A DNA stretch of 46,509 bases from an uncultured Cellvibrio sp. (lineage in GTDB: Bacteria > Pseudomonadota > Gammaproteobacteria > Pseudomonadales > Cellvibrionaceae), in NCBI GenBank assembly GCA_903858205.1, contig CAIOHY010000438.1, positions 1-46,509 of the forward strand, given 5' to 3'. The notes below the pieces were generated by a model that worked only from the letters and a program-made list of their open reading frames with translations, had not been told where the DNA came from and ran no database searches. Shown in pieces: positions 37,064 to 46,509 of this stretch (positions are counted from its first letter, which is position 1; every line of letters starts with the position of its first letter). Position numbers and translations under genes: made by a program.

Positions 37064-38884
37064 TTGAGCGCCCCGCTGATTGATACTTCCAGCAACCTGG
37101 CGTTCAAGCAACGTTACCGGGTATTCGATCCCTTCCGTCTGTGTTTTAGGGACGCTGCGCTTGAACAGGAGTACAACACGCATCTTGCCGAGAATATTGC
37201 GCGGCAAGTGCGCCTTGCGCTGGCACTTGCCTTTGCGCTCTATTTAAATTTTGCCTTTCTCGATTATTTATTAGTGCCCGAAAAAATGCTGCAGCTCTGG
37301 GCCATTCGTGCTCTGGTGTGCACTCTCTTCGCGCTGTTATTCTGGCTCACTTTTAAGCCGATTTTTAAACAAATTCATCAGCCTGTTATTTTCTATTCGA
37401 GCATGATCGCCGCCTGCGGCATCTTCGCCATGCTGCTGATTACTGATAATCAGTACAGTCACTATTACTACGCCGGCATCAACCTCTGTATTACCTGGAC
37501 TCTCTTTATTGTCGGACTGCGCTTTGTGAATTCACTGGGCACAGTCGCTGTGATTATGCTCTGCTATAACCTGATTGCATTTTATAAAGCCTTACCGCTG
37601 ACCGACATTATCTCCAATAATTTTTTTCTGCTCTCCAACGCGATCATCGGAATTTTTGCGGGATATACCATTGAGCAGCACGCGCGCTGGCAGTTTTATC
37701 AAGCGCGGGTGATAAAAAATAACAGCAGCAAATTGCACCGCGCGATGATTGCGGCATCGCTCGATGCGGTGATCACCATTGATGAAAGCGGAACTACGAT
37801 TGAATTTAACGAGGCGGCTGAAGCGATGTTTGGTTACAGTCGCGATGAGGCGCTTGGTCAATCCATCGGTGCGCTTATCGTGCCTGACAATATGCGCGCT
37901 CAGCATGATGAAGGTTTTCGCCGCTACAACCAAAGTGGTGAACCACGTGTGCTTGGATTGCGTTTGGAACTGCAGGCCAAGCGCAAGGATAATAGTGCGT
38001 TTCCGGTTGAGCTAACGCTGCGCCAGGTAGATTTAATTGGTCGCCGTTTAGTGACAGCCTATATCCGCGACTTAACCGCGCAGCGCAATGGGGAGCGTGA
38101 AATTGCCCAGCAGCGCGAAGTGCTACAACGCAATGAAAAATTGGCATCAATGGGAACGCTGCTCGCGGGTGTTGCGCACGAGTTAAATAACCCATTGACG
38201 ATCGTGGTTGGGCAATCGCAATTGTTACGCGAAACAGAGCAAGATGAGCGTGTATTAAAACGCGCGGAGAAAATTGCCAATGCTGCTGAACGCTGCGTGA
38301 AAATCGTTTCGACTTTTTTGTCGATGGCGCGCGAGCAACCGCCCAAGCGCAAGTTAGTCGATATCAATCGTGTCATACACGATGTTGTTGATCTGCTTGA
38401 TTTTAACTTGCGCAATCAACAGGTCGCCCTTGAACTTGAATTGACTGCGGATCTACCGGGTGTGTTGGCTGATCACAACCAACTGCATCAGGTGATTAGC
38501 AATTTGGTGGTCAATGCCCAGCAAGCGCTGCAGGATCAGCCGCAAAAAATAATTCGTATTCTTGCCAAGCTGTTGGATGATGAACAACACATTTGCATCA
38601 AGGTGATGGATTCAGGCACGGGCATTGAACCTGAATTGCGTGCGCGTATTTTTGAACCTTTTTTTACGACTAAACCGGTAGGTGTCGGTACAGGTTTGGG
38701 TTTGTCGGTGTGCAACGGTATTATTCAAAGTCACGGCGGCAGTATTGAATACGAAGAAGTGCCGGGTATGGGGGCGTGTTTTAGTCTGCGTTTGCCTATC
38801 GGTAATCAACATATCGCCTATGAACCTATCGCTAATCAACCTATTGATCAATCGGTCAGTCGCCGTGGAGAAAACATGCCATGA
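37064..38884 (+). CDS. Sensor histidine kinase (about 6 TM + PAS + HisKA + HATPase)
   Basis: EFNEAAEAMFGYS PAS; EKLASMGTLLAGVAHELNNPL, NLVVNA and FEPFFTTKPVGVGTGLGL motifs; TTG start after GGAG. Confidence 0.93.
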   Translation: MSAPLIDTSSNLAFKQRYRVFDPFRLCFRDAALEQEYNTHLAENIARQVRLALALAFALYLNFAFLDYLLVPEKMLQLWAIRALVCTLFALLFWLTFKPIFKQIHQPVIFYSSMIAACGIFAMLLITDNQYSHYYYAGINLCITWTLFIVGLRFVNSLGTVAVIMLCYNLIAFYKALPLTDIISNNFFLLSNAIIGIFAGYTIEQHARWQFYQARVIKNNSSKLHRAMIAASLDAVITIDESGTTIEFNEAAEAMFGYSRDEALGQSIGALIVPDNMRAQHDEGFRRYNQSGEPRVLGLRLELQAKRKDNSAFPVELTLRQVDLIGRRLVTAYIRDLTAQRNGEREIAQQREVLQRNEKLASMGTLLAGVAHELNNPLTIVVGQSQLLRETEQDERVLKRAEKIANAAERCVKIVSTFLSMAREQPPKRKLVDINRVIHDVVDLLDFNLRNQQVALELELTADLPGVLADHNQLHQVISNLVVNAQQALQDQPQKIIRILAKLLDDEQHICIKVMDSGTGIEPELRARIFEPFFTTKPVGVGTGLGLSVCNGIIQSHGGSIEYEEVPGMGACFSLRLPIGNQHIAYEPIANQPIDQSVSRRGENMP

Positions 38885-39588
38885 CCATGACTTACAAAAT
38901 GATTGTTGTCGACGATGAACAGGATATTTGCGAAACCCTGGCCGATTATTTTTCGCTGCAAGGTTTTGACGTAAAAATGGCCGCGAACGGGCAGGAATTA
39001 AAGGCGCTCTTGCCAGAGTTTACGCCGCACATTGTCTTGCTCGATTTAAATATGCCGGGTGAAGATGGATTTACGCTAACACGTTATTTGCGCACGCATA
39101 CTCGCGCGGGTGTGATTATGGTGACTGCAGCGGCAGAGCAGGTGGATATGATCATCGGTCTGGAAATGGGGGCTGATGATTATGTGAGTAAACCTTTTGA
39201 GTTGCGTTCACTCTTGGCGCGTGTGCGCAGCGTATTGCGCCGCACGCAAAATGAAGTGCCGGCAAATAGCCAGCTTGTGCAGGACGCGCGCAAAAAAGTG
39301 GGTAAATGTTTGTTGGATATTGATGCGCGAAAACTCTGGGAGGGCGAGCAGGAAATTCCGCTCACCGCGATGGAATACGATTTACTCATGGTGTTTTTGC
39401 AAAATCCCAATCGCCCCTTATCGCGCGATTATTTGCTCGAACTCGCGCATAAAACCGATGCAGATCCCTTTGATCGTTCGATCGATAGTCGTATCACCCG
39501 CATGCGCAAAAAAATCGAACCCGATCCGGATAAACCCACCATCATCAAAACTGTGCGCAGTGTCGGCTATGTGTATGTGCCGGGTTGA
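38881..39588 (+). CDS. OmpR-family response regulator
   Basis: VVDDE, LLDLNMPGEDG, GLEMGADDYVSKPF, DRSIDSRITRMRKKIE and TVRSVGY motifs; ATGA overlap with the kinase. Confidence 0.95.
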   Translation: MTMTYKMIVVDDEQDICETLADYFSLQGFDVKMAANGQELKALLPEFTPHIVLLDLNMPGEDGFTLTRYLRTHTRAGVIMVTAAAEQVDMIIGLEMGADDYVSKPFELRSLLARVRSVLRRTQNEVPANSQLVQDARKKVGKCLLDIDARKLWEGEQEIPLTAMEYDLLMVFLQNPNRPLSRDYLLELAHKTDADPFDRSIDSRITRMRKKIEPDPDKPTIIKTVRSVGYVYVPG

Positions 39589-39596
39589 TTCCGGCC

Positions 39597-39659
39597 TGAC
39601 ACAATTGACACAAATCTCCTTCCGCGCGACAAACTCCTGACAACTTCCCCTTCTATTAT
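39597..39659 (+). promoter_or_regulatory. Tandem GACA repeats (OmpR-family boxes) and -10 element
   Basis: TGACACAA-t-TGACACAA, then CGACAAA and TGACAAC, followed by TATTAT. Confidence 0.6.
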
Positions 39660-39758
39660 GGCCACATGAACAAACGACATGGCTGTCGCTGCTGTTAAAG
39701 GAAACTTGTTCACTAACGCTTTACCCAAACACTTACTCATATTTTTGAATTTATAAGG

Positions 39759-40820
39759 ATGTTCAAAATGAAAGCTCTTAATACGTTTACTCGTTCATTG
39801 ATCCTGGCTTCTGCCGCGTTGGTTTCTATCGCTGCCTCGGCATCTGATTTCCCGCTACGTGCCGATGACATCGGCCTGACTCACCGCTATACCACGGACA
39901 CTCATTGGTCTGGCGGTGCCCAAGCTGAAGCTCTGGATGTTGTGGCACGTCGCCACATCGGCAGTGGTAAATGGGATCACCTCAAAACGAATGGCGCGGA
40001 CAACAAGGTCAACTCCAATCACATTGTTTATGGTGCAAAAATTCGCGCGATGGACGCAGGTACCGTGGTGGGTTGTTGGCGTAATGCGCCGGAAAACACG
40101 CCCGGTTCCAATCACGCCAAGGTAGCGGAAGGTTATATCGGCTACGCCGGAAACCATTTGTGGATCCTGCAAGATGATGGCAATTACGCCCTCTATGCCC
40201 ATGCCCAACCCGGCTCGATCCCTACCGATTTATGTCCGCACAATGCCACCTATTTGCCATCCAAGGAGGAGGGCGCTGTCTGGACTATGGGCGGACGTGT
40301 CACCAATGGTGCACGTATTACCAAAGGTCAGGTGTTGGGCTTGGTGGGCAACAATGGCAATTCATCTGGCCCGCATTTGCATGTGCATGTCCAAACCGGC
40401 TCGGGTGATCCCATCAAAATGAAATTTGACCATGGCCAAACAACGCCCTACACCAACCAAACTGCCTCTGTAAATGCCACCTGGACATTACTGAACGGTA
40501 AATCTATCGTGGGTGAAACAATGGTTTGGGCTCCCCATTCGGTCGCTTATTGGACAGTGAATAATATTCCCGACGAGCGCATGCAAGGCTAGTTCACTCA
40601 CTTTGCGGATTCCGGTGTAATGCCCAGTGTGTATGCCTGCACCGACAATGGCCAAATTTACAATACCAGTTGGGTTCCAACGAGCGGTTCCTGGTACGCC
40701 TATCACGGCATGTCGTTAACCACGTTCAATAAGAAATCGACCGATTTAGCAAATTTGGGTTACACCCGATATGGTTGGTGGTACTGCGGTTCTGTCTACA
40801 CTGGCATCTGGCGCAAATAA
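39759..40820 (+). pseudogene. Secreted M23-family peptidase with C-terminal tandem-repeat domain, interrupted by an in-frame TAG
   Basis: Signal peptide; YALYAH and GNNGNSSGPHLH motifs; TAG at 40590-40592 with the frame continuing open to TAA at 40820. Confidence 0.75.
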
Positions 40821-40856
40821 ATCAGGTCGCGGAAAAAACAAAGCATTGAGTCAACT

Positions 40857-40891
40857 CTCTCTCCTCCCGCTCAAAAAGTCGGGAGGGGAGA
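40857..40891. repeat. GC-rich hairpin between convergent genes (terminator or REP-like)
   Basis: CTCCTCCCG...CGGGAGGGGAG; resembles the 46321-46433 element. Confidence 0.45.
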
Positions 40892-41008
40892 TTAAACATT
40901 TCACCGCGCCAGCAAGTCGTACTTTGATGACGTTATTTGTTGTTGCCTTGGTAAAAGGCGGTATCGAATAATGAAATCTGTAGAGAGAAAACATTCGATG
41001 GATCGAGT

Positions 41009-41614
41009 CTAAGCCGCGCGATTGAGCTGTTTTGCAGAAAGGATTTGTTTCTTTGCGCCGCGCAACAGTGTCTTTAACAACTGAATTCCTTCAGGCCAGA
41101 AGCCCAAATTGGATTCGCTGTTAATGTGGCCTACACCTTTCAAGCGCAAAAAATCCGTCCCCCACTGCAGCGCCCAATACGCAGCCTTGCTATCAGTGAG
41201 CCAGGGATCATTGCTGCTCGCGATGATAATTGCCGGTACGCGTAGAGGATTTTGTGGCAACCGCTGGGCGATATGAAATTTATCCGGATCAGCAGGGGCC
41301 ACCAAAAAAAGCGCGGCGATTTTATCGGGAAATTCTGCTGCAATACTCGCGCTCGCGAGCGTGCCAAAACTGTGAGCGATAATCACTGCCGGCTTATCCA
41401 GCTTGCTTAATTCTGCGTGAATTCCCGCCTTCCACTTATCCAAATCCGGCGTGCTCCAATCATCGACCTGAATGCGTTTGCTGTTGGGCAACTGGTTTTG
41501 CCACAGGCTTTGCCAATGGTGTTCATCGCTGTTGCGCAATCCGGGTACTACCACAATTGGAAAATTTTCCAATTGATGAGGCAGGTTGATAGTCGCTGGG
41601 CGAGTATTTTTCAT
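41009..41614 (-). CDS. RBBP9/YdeN-family alpha/beta hydrolase
   Basis: VVPGLRNS..HWQSLW, IAHSFG, LVAPAD, SSNDPW and GHIN motifs. Confidence 0.9.
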   Translation of the reverse strand: MKNTRPATINLPHQLENFPIVVVPGLRNSDEHHWQSLWQNQLPNSKRIQVDDWSTPDLDKWKAGIHAELSKLDKPAVIIAHSFGTLASASIAAEFPDKIAALFLVAPADPDKFHIAQRLPQNPLRVPAIIIASSNDPWLTDSKAAYWALQWGTDFLRLKGVGHINSESNLGFWPEGIQLLKTLLRGAKKQILSAKQLNRAA

Positions 41615-41851
41615 GAGGGGCTCCCTTTGATTGCGTAGTATGAATGGCGCTTAGCCTAGATGCTTTTATCTCATCTTAAAAAGACTCTTTGTTTATTTGC
41701 TTATGCAAAAAAAAATGAGTGGGGGATTTTCTTGGTCAGTTATAAGCTAATAAAAAAACAGTATTTTGGGTTTTCACTTCAGCTTCATACTATGGCGCCG
41801 TCGCTGGGCATTTGAGTCGAATTGTCCGGCTTTTTAACATGAGGCACTGTT

Positions 41852-42028
41852 ATGGCGAACCACCATCCTGAGCCTGCCCCTGTCGCGGAGGATGTACTGG
41901 AAGAAATTAAATTTCAGTTGTCGAAAATCCAGTTTGGTTCATTGGAAATTCAAATCCATAACGGTCAGGTAGTGCAGCTCGAACGACGCGAGAAAAAACG
42001 CTGGGAAAAAGGTGTAAGCACCAAGTAG
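41852..42028 (+). CDS. oscA: OscA/YezD (DUF2292) sulfur-starvation small protein, absent from the ORF track
   Basis: Hand translation gives 58 aa, MANHHPEPAPVAEDVLEEIKFQLSKIQFGSLEIQIHNGQVVQLERREKKRWEKGVSTK; GAGG RBS; first gene of the sulfate operon. Confidence 0.85.
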   Translation: MANHHPEPAPVAEDVLEEIKFQLSKIQFGSLEIQIHNGQVVQLERREKKRWEKGVSTK

Positions 42029-42121
42029 TCAGCGTCATACAAAATAATTTAGCTACAAAAAACAAATCAAAATTCCACTGACCGGACCACCGGAAGTGAT
42101 ATGTAAAATCTGGAGATTAGC

Positions 42122-43372
42122 ATGTCATTTCAAAAACCGTGGTCGGTTGTGCGATCACTCGTTGCAAAAAAACGTTTTCAGCGCAATGCATTAACGGCTG
42201 CTGTCGGTATCGTTCTGTCTGCCAATGCATTCGCCGGTTTTCCTACGCTCTACGGGAAAATCCATTTAACTGCCAATCAATATGATTTGGAAAAAATTAA
42301 TTTCGCCCCTACCACTGCAGGCGCAACCACGTACAAGCATGTTGGTGCAACGGGCGTAACTACCGAGCTAGACACATTTGCACTTGATAGCACAGGTTCA
42401 CGCCTAGGCGTTCAAGGCGATTTTGATGCATCCTCAAGCGTGACTGTGTTTTATCGTTTGGAATACGGCATTGATGTCGATAACGGCACCAACAGCAACG
42501 GCCGCGAATTAAGTCAGCGTAATATTTTTGGGGGCCTGCGCGGTGATTGGGGCTCTCTCCTTGTTGGTAAAAATGATACTCCATTAAAAACCCTCCAAAC
42601 CAATACGGTCTTGCGTACGGACGTTGATCGCTTTAACGATTCGCCCTTGGGCGATATAGGGACTTACATTGTCGGTGAAAACCGCCCGGACAATGTCATC
42701 CAATACACCTCGCCGATTTTATTTCGCGGTTTGGAAATTAATCTCGCCGCTATTCAAGCGGAAGAGACTGGCGTGCCTGTGAGTGCAACCAACCAGCAGG
42801 ATGACAATGGTTTTGCTTCTGGAAAATCGGCCTCAGTAACTTATGGTAAAGCCAAATGGTTTGTTGGTGTCGGTTATGACGATAACGTTGCCACTACCGA
42901 CGCTTTACGTGCGGTCGGAGAAATTACCCTCGGTGCCGTAAAACTCGGGGCTATTTACCAAACCGCAGAACGCCACGAAGATGTTGATAGCCTCGGTGGA
43001 TTCTCAACGTTTGTTGGCACTAACGGCACCACACTCGGTGCACAAAATGGTTTGAACCCTCTCTCTGAATGGGACGGCGCTTCCGGTAATGCATTTAAAG
43101 AACAAGACGGTTATGTGCTGAACGCGCAGTGGAAAATTTCTGGCCCATGGTTAGCCAAAGTGCAATACGCCAGTTCAACCACTACGCCGACTAATGCTAT
43201 TTATAGCGATGCAGAGCTCGAAGGATTTATCGTTGGCTTGGATTATAACTTCAACCCCAATGTGCGCGTGTTTGGTACCTACGCCAAGGTTGACGTTACT
43301 GGTGATGAAAAAATCAGCACAGTTGCGACAACGGATAAAGCCGCAGCACTCGGTTTTGATTTCCGTTTTTAA
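42122..43372 (+). CDS. Gram-negative porin in the sulfate operon
   Basis: [26 protein letters not shown] and NVIQYTSP motifs; C-terminal FDFRF. Confidence 0.9.
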   Translation: MSFQKPWSVVRSLVAKKRFQRNALTAAVGIVLSANAFAGFPTLYGKIHLTANQYDLEKINFAPTTAGATTYKHVGATGVTTELDTFALDSTGSRLGVQGDFDASSSVTVFYRLEYGIDVDNGTNSNGRELSQRNIFGGLRGDWGSLLVGKNDTPLKTLQTNTVLRTDVDRFNDSPLGDIGTYIVGENRPDNVIQYTSPILFRGLEINLAAIQAEETGVPVSATNQQDDNGFASGKSASVTYGKAKWFVGVGYDDNVATTDALRAVGEITLGAVKLGAIYQTAERHEDVDSLGGFSTFVGTNGTTLGAQNGLNPLSEWDGASGNAFKEQDGYVLNAQWKISGPWLAKVQYASSTTTPTNAIYSDAELEGFIVGLDYNFNPNVRVFGTYAKVDVTGDEKISTVATTDKAAALGFDFRF

Positions 43373-43421
43373 TCCTCCGGATTCCCTGACAACGAATTAT
43401 ATTTTTCAAAGAGAGATCATC

Positions 43422-44426
43422 ATGAAATTTACTCTAGGATTTATTGGCAAATCTGCGGCATTTATCGCCGCCAGCTTGATAGCAGGCAGTGTCTTTGCAA
43501 AAGATATTAACCTGTTAAACGTTTCTTACGACCCAACCCGCGAACTCTATCGCGATTTCAACGCGGCCTTTGCCAAACACTGGAAAGAAAAAACCGGTGA
43601 TAACGTCAGCGTAGATCAATCACACGGTGGTTCAGGTGCACAATCACGTGCCGTAATCGACGGTTTGCGCGCTGATGTGGTAACACTGGCGCTTGCAGGC
43701 GACATTGACCCTATCGCAAAAATTGGTGGACTTTTACCTGCCGACTGGGTAACCAAACTACCGCAAAACAGCGCGCCCTATACTTCGACAATCGTATTCT
43801 TGGTGCGCAAAGGCAATCCAAAAAATATCAAAGATTGGGATGACTTAATCAAAAAAGGTGTTGAGGTAATTACCCCAAATCCCAAAACCTCTGGCGGCGC
43901 ACGCTGGAACTATTTGGCGGCCTGGGGCTTTGCCAAAAAACAGGGTAAAGACGACGCTGGCGCGCAAGAATTTGTTCGCCAATTATTTAAAAATGTTCCC
44001 GTTTTAGACACAGGTGCGCGCGGCTCAACTACTACGTTCGTACAACGCGGTATTGGCGACGTCTTAATTACTTGGGAAAACGAAGCATTTTTGGCAGTGA
44101 ATGAATTAGGTGCGGATGAAGTAGAAATTGTGGTACCGAGCCTGTCAATTTTGGCTGAACCTTCTGTTGCAGTGGTAGATGAAAATGCAAAAGCCAATGG
44201 CAACTATGAAGTAGCTAAGACTTACCTGGAATATCTTTACACCAAAGAAGGTCAAAACATCGCTGCAAAACATTATTACCGCCCACGCGATCCACAAGTT
44301 GCTGAAGCCCACGCAAAAACATTTCCGAAATTGGAGTTAGTGACTATCGACGATTTTGGCGGCTGGTCTAAAGCACAACCCTTCCACTTTGGTGACGGCG
44401 GAATTTTTGATCAGATTTATCAATAA
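43422..44426 (+). CDS. sbp: Sulfate ABC transporter substrate-binding protein
   Basis: [31 protein letters not shown] and LDTGARGST motifs; start re-called to ATG 43422. Confidence 0.96.
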   Translation: MKFTLGFIGKSAAFIAASLIAGSVFAKDINLLNVSYDPTRELYRDFNAAFAKHWKEKTGDNVSVDQSHGGSGAQSRAVIDGLRADVVTLALAGDIDPIAKIGGLLPADWVTKLPQNSAPYTSTIVFLVRKGNPKNIKDWDDLIKKGVEVITPNPKTSGGARWNYLAAWGFAKKQGKDDAGAQEFVRQLFKNVPVLDTGARGSTTTFVQRGIGDVLITWENEAFLAVNELGADEVEIVVPSLSILAEPSVAVVDENAKANGNYEVAKTYLEYLYTKEGQNIAAKHYYRPRDPQVAEAHAKTFPKLELVTIDDFGGWSKAQPFHFGDGGIFDQIYQ

Positions 44427-44523
44427 TTTCTAGAATATAAATTCCGGGGCGGATAACAATCGTTTTCTGCCTCGATTGTCGAATCTTAGTTTCCTGACCA
44501 CAGGTACGAAAAGAGAGTTGTAC

Positions 44524-45408
44524 ATGAGTGAGATAGCTTCTGCGGTGTCAGACACAACATCGCCCATCCCCAAACCCAAAAAGCCCTGGGTAAAAAAATC
44601 GGTCTTACCCGGTTTTGGTTTATCCATCGGCCTTGCCGCACTCTACGCCAGTCTAATTGTGTTTATTCCGCTGGCAGGCTTGGTGCTTAAATCCCTTGAA
44701 CTAAGTTGGCCGGAACTCTGGGCAGTGGTGAGTAATCCACGCGCAGTCGCCAGTTATCAGTTGACCTTCGGTGCATCGTTCGCAGCTGCCAGCATTAATT
44801 TAGTTTTCGGCTTAATCGTCGCCTGGGTTTTAGTGCGCTACGATTTTTTTGGCAAACGCGTAATCGATGCATTAGTTGATTTGCCTTTTGCATTACCCAC
44901 TGCCGTTGCCGGTATTGCGCTCACTGCGCTTTACACCACCAAAGGTTGGGTTGGCCAATGGTTTTGGTTGGCCGATATCAAAGTTGCCTACACCTGGCTC
45001 GGTGTAACTGTCGCGCTTACGTTTATCGGTTTACCGTTTGTCGTGCGCACTGTGCAACCGGTGCTGGCTGATTTGGAAGCAGAGGTGGAAGAAGCCGCTG
45101 CGAGTTTGGGAGCATCACGCTTACAAACGTTTAGGCGCGTGTTATTGCCAGCACTCTTGCCGTCACTATTAACCGGATTTGCATTGGCCTTTGCACGCGC
45201 GATTGGTGAATACGGCTCTGTGGTTTTTATCAGCGGCAACATGCCCTACAAAACGGAAATCACACCGCTATTGATTATGACCAAACTCGAACAATTTGAT
45301 TACGCCGGTGCCGCCGCGCTCGGAACGGTCATGTTGATATTTTCCTTCGTGTTGTTACTGCTCATTAACTTGCTCCAGCATTGGAGCCATAAGCGCACAG
45401 GAGGTTAA
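44524..45408 (+). CDS. cysT: Sulfate ABC permease CysT (CysU)
   Basis: VLPGFGLS, DLPFALPTAVAG, PFVVRTVQP and EEAAASLGA motifs. Confidence 0.95.
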   Translation: MSEIASAVSDTTSPIPKPKKPWVKKSVLPGFGLSIGLAALYASLIVFIPLAGLVLKSLELSWPELWAVVSNPRAVASYQLTFGASFAAASINLVFGLIVAWVLVRYDFFGKRVIDALVDLPFALPTAVAGIALTALYTTKGWVGQWFWLADIKVAYTWLGVTVALTFIGLPFVVRTVQPVLADLEAEVEEAAASLGASRLQTFRRVLLPALLPSLLTGFALAFARAIGEYGSVVFISGNMPYKTEITPLLIMTKLEQFDYAGAAALGTVMLIFSFVLLLLINLLQHWSHKRTGG

Positions 45409-45410
45409 TC

Positions 45411-46307
45411 ATGGCCGGTGCTGTTTCATCATTAAATTCCCGCAAAACTGGCGCTGCTCATGCAGCAACCAGTGAAGCCCCTTGGGTGCGCGTAGTGTTA
45501 ATTAGCGTTGCATTAACCTTTCTCGCATTATTTTTATTTTTACCTTTAGTGATTGTATTCACCGAGGCATTTGCAAAAGGTGCGGATGTATATTTTGCAG
45601 CGATCACCGAACCCGCTGCTGCCCATGCGATAAAACTCACACTGATTGCAGCCGCGATTGCGGTGCCCTGTAATGTAATTTTTGGTTTAGCGGCGGCTTG
45701 GTCAATCGCCAAATTTGATTTCCGTGGCAAACAGTTTGTCATCACACTAATCGATTTGCCCTTTGCGGTATCGCCCGTTATTGCCGGTTTAATTTATATG
45801 CTGTTTTTTGGCCGTCAGGGATTTTTTGGTCCATGGCTGGCCGACCATGATATTCAAATTATGTTTGCCGTTCCGGGGATAGTGCTTGCCACTGTGTTTA
45901 TCACCTTTCCATTTGTCGCGCGGGAATTAATTCCGCTGATGCAAGAGCAAGGTAAAGAACAGGAAGAAGCGGCGATCACCTTAGGCGCAAGCGGATGGAA
46001 AATGTTTTGGCGCGTGACCTTGCCATCGGTTAAATGGGCGCTGTTGTACGGCATGATTTTATGTAATGCGCGCGCGATGGGCGAGTTCGGAGCGGTGAGT
46101 GTGGTCTCCGGAAAAATTCGCGAGCAAACCAATACAATGCCGCTCCACATTGAAATTCTGTACAACGAATATCAATTTGCCGCTGCGTTCGCAGTTGCAT
46201 CGCTGCTGGCGTTATTAGCATTAGTGACACTGGTATTAAAAAGTTTGCTGGAGTGGAAAGCTGCCCGCGAACATGAACTGGCCGTACGTGCGGCAAGTGC
46301 ACAGTAA
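45411..46307 (+). CDS. cysW: Sulfate ABC permease CysW
   Basis: DLPFAVSPVIAG, PFVARELIP and ARAMGEFGAVSVVSG motifs. Confidence 0.96.
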   Translation: MAGAVSSLNSRKTGAAHAATSEAPWVRVVLISVALTFLALFLFLPLVIVFTEAFAKGADVYFAAITEPAAAHAIKLTLIAAAIAVPCNVIFGLAAAWSIAKFDFRGKQFVITLIDLPFAVSPVIAGLIYMLFFGRQGFFGPWLADHDIQIMFAVPGIVLATVFITFPFVARELIPLMQEQGKEQEEAAITLGASGWKMFWRVTLPSVKWALLYGMILCNARAMGEFGAVSVVSGKIREQTNTMPLHIEILYNEYQFAAAFAVASLLALLALVTLVLKSLLEWKAAREHELAVRAASAQ

Positions 46308-46320
46308 GCTATGAAAATAT

Positions 46321-46433
46321 GACCCCTCCCAACCTCCCCTTCACAAAGGGAGGAGTTTGATTTCACTCCGAACTCAAATGGCTGCGGTGATTCAGCTCCT
46401 CCCCCTTGTAAAGGGGGAGGTTGGGAGGGGGTC
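46321..46433. repeat. REP-like inverted repeat pair between cysW and cysA
   Basis: GACCCCTCCCAACCTCCCCTT ... AAGGGGGAGGTTGGGAGGGGGTC; each arm also forms its own internal hairpin. Confidence 0.8.
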
Positions 46434-46469
46434 TCTATCTCAGATTGGAAATTTAATTGAGAAAACTCT

Positions 46470-46509
46470 ATGAGCATCCAAGTCCGCAATCTGCATAAAA
46501 CCTTTGGCA
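46470..46509 (+). CDS. cysA: Sulfate ABC ATPase, N-terminus only (3'-truncated)
   Basis: MSIQVRNLHKTFG after cysW; runs off the window. Confidence 0.75.
   Translation, partial: MSIQVRNLHKTFG

Noticed and set aside
40590-40592. Pyrrolysine or genome-wide TAG recoding
   Set aside because: No pyl genes seen, and TAG terminates many intact genes in this window (e.g. 16908, 18803, 36563).
43194-43421. N-terminal extension of Sbp in the ORF track (likewise ubiD, cysE, srkA, cysT)
   Set aside because: These extensions overlap neighbouring genes or intergenic DNA; downstream ATGs match the family N-termini.
1-46509. CRISPR array, tRNA/rRNA, integrase, transposase or prophage genes
   Set aside because: No regularly spaced repeats, RNA-gene signatures or mobile-element ORFs were recognised by eye.

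Overview
Gammaproteobacterial chromosomal window. Gene content and synteny look Cellvibrionaceae-like; this is an inference. Recognisable housekeeping blocks are a TauE/SafE exporter, a sigma54/NtrC-type ammonium transporter, opgGH, trxA-rho-ubiD, mscL, cysE, srkA, an orphan ParA, two histidine kinases plus an OmpR-type regulator, a PEP-CTERM protein with a TPR partner, and a sulfate-uptake operon (oscA-like small ORF, porin, sbp, cysT, cysW, start of cysA). The most notable part is 5.5-18.8 kb, a divergent nine-gene envelope cluster with five CxxCH heme-c motifs. Its left arm encodes a DUF1588/1585-like monoheme protein, a diheme LamG lipoprotein and a Tat-exported DUF1501-like protein. Its right arm encodes an HzsA-like beta-propeller diheme lipoprotein, an SH3/beta-barrel protein, a second beta-barrel, TlpA, DUF4266 and DUF3570. 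It is a candidate uncharacterised surface redox/catalytic machine. A frameshifted serine hydrolase sits between the arms and a HigBA-type toxin-antitoxin pair lies at its left end. An M23 peptidase is interrupted by an in-frame TAG. All family assignments come from motif recognition by eye; no database search was run.
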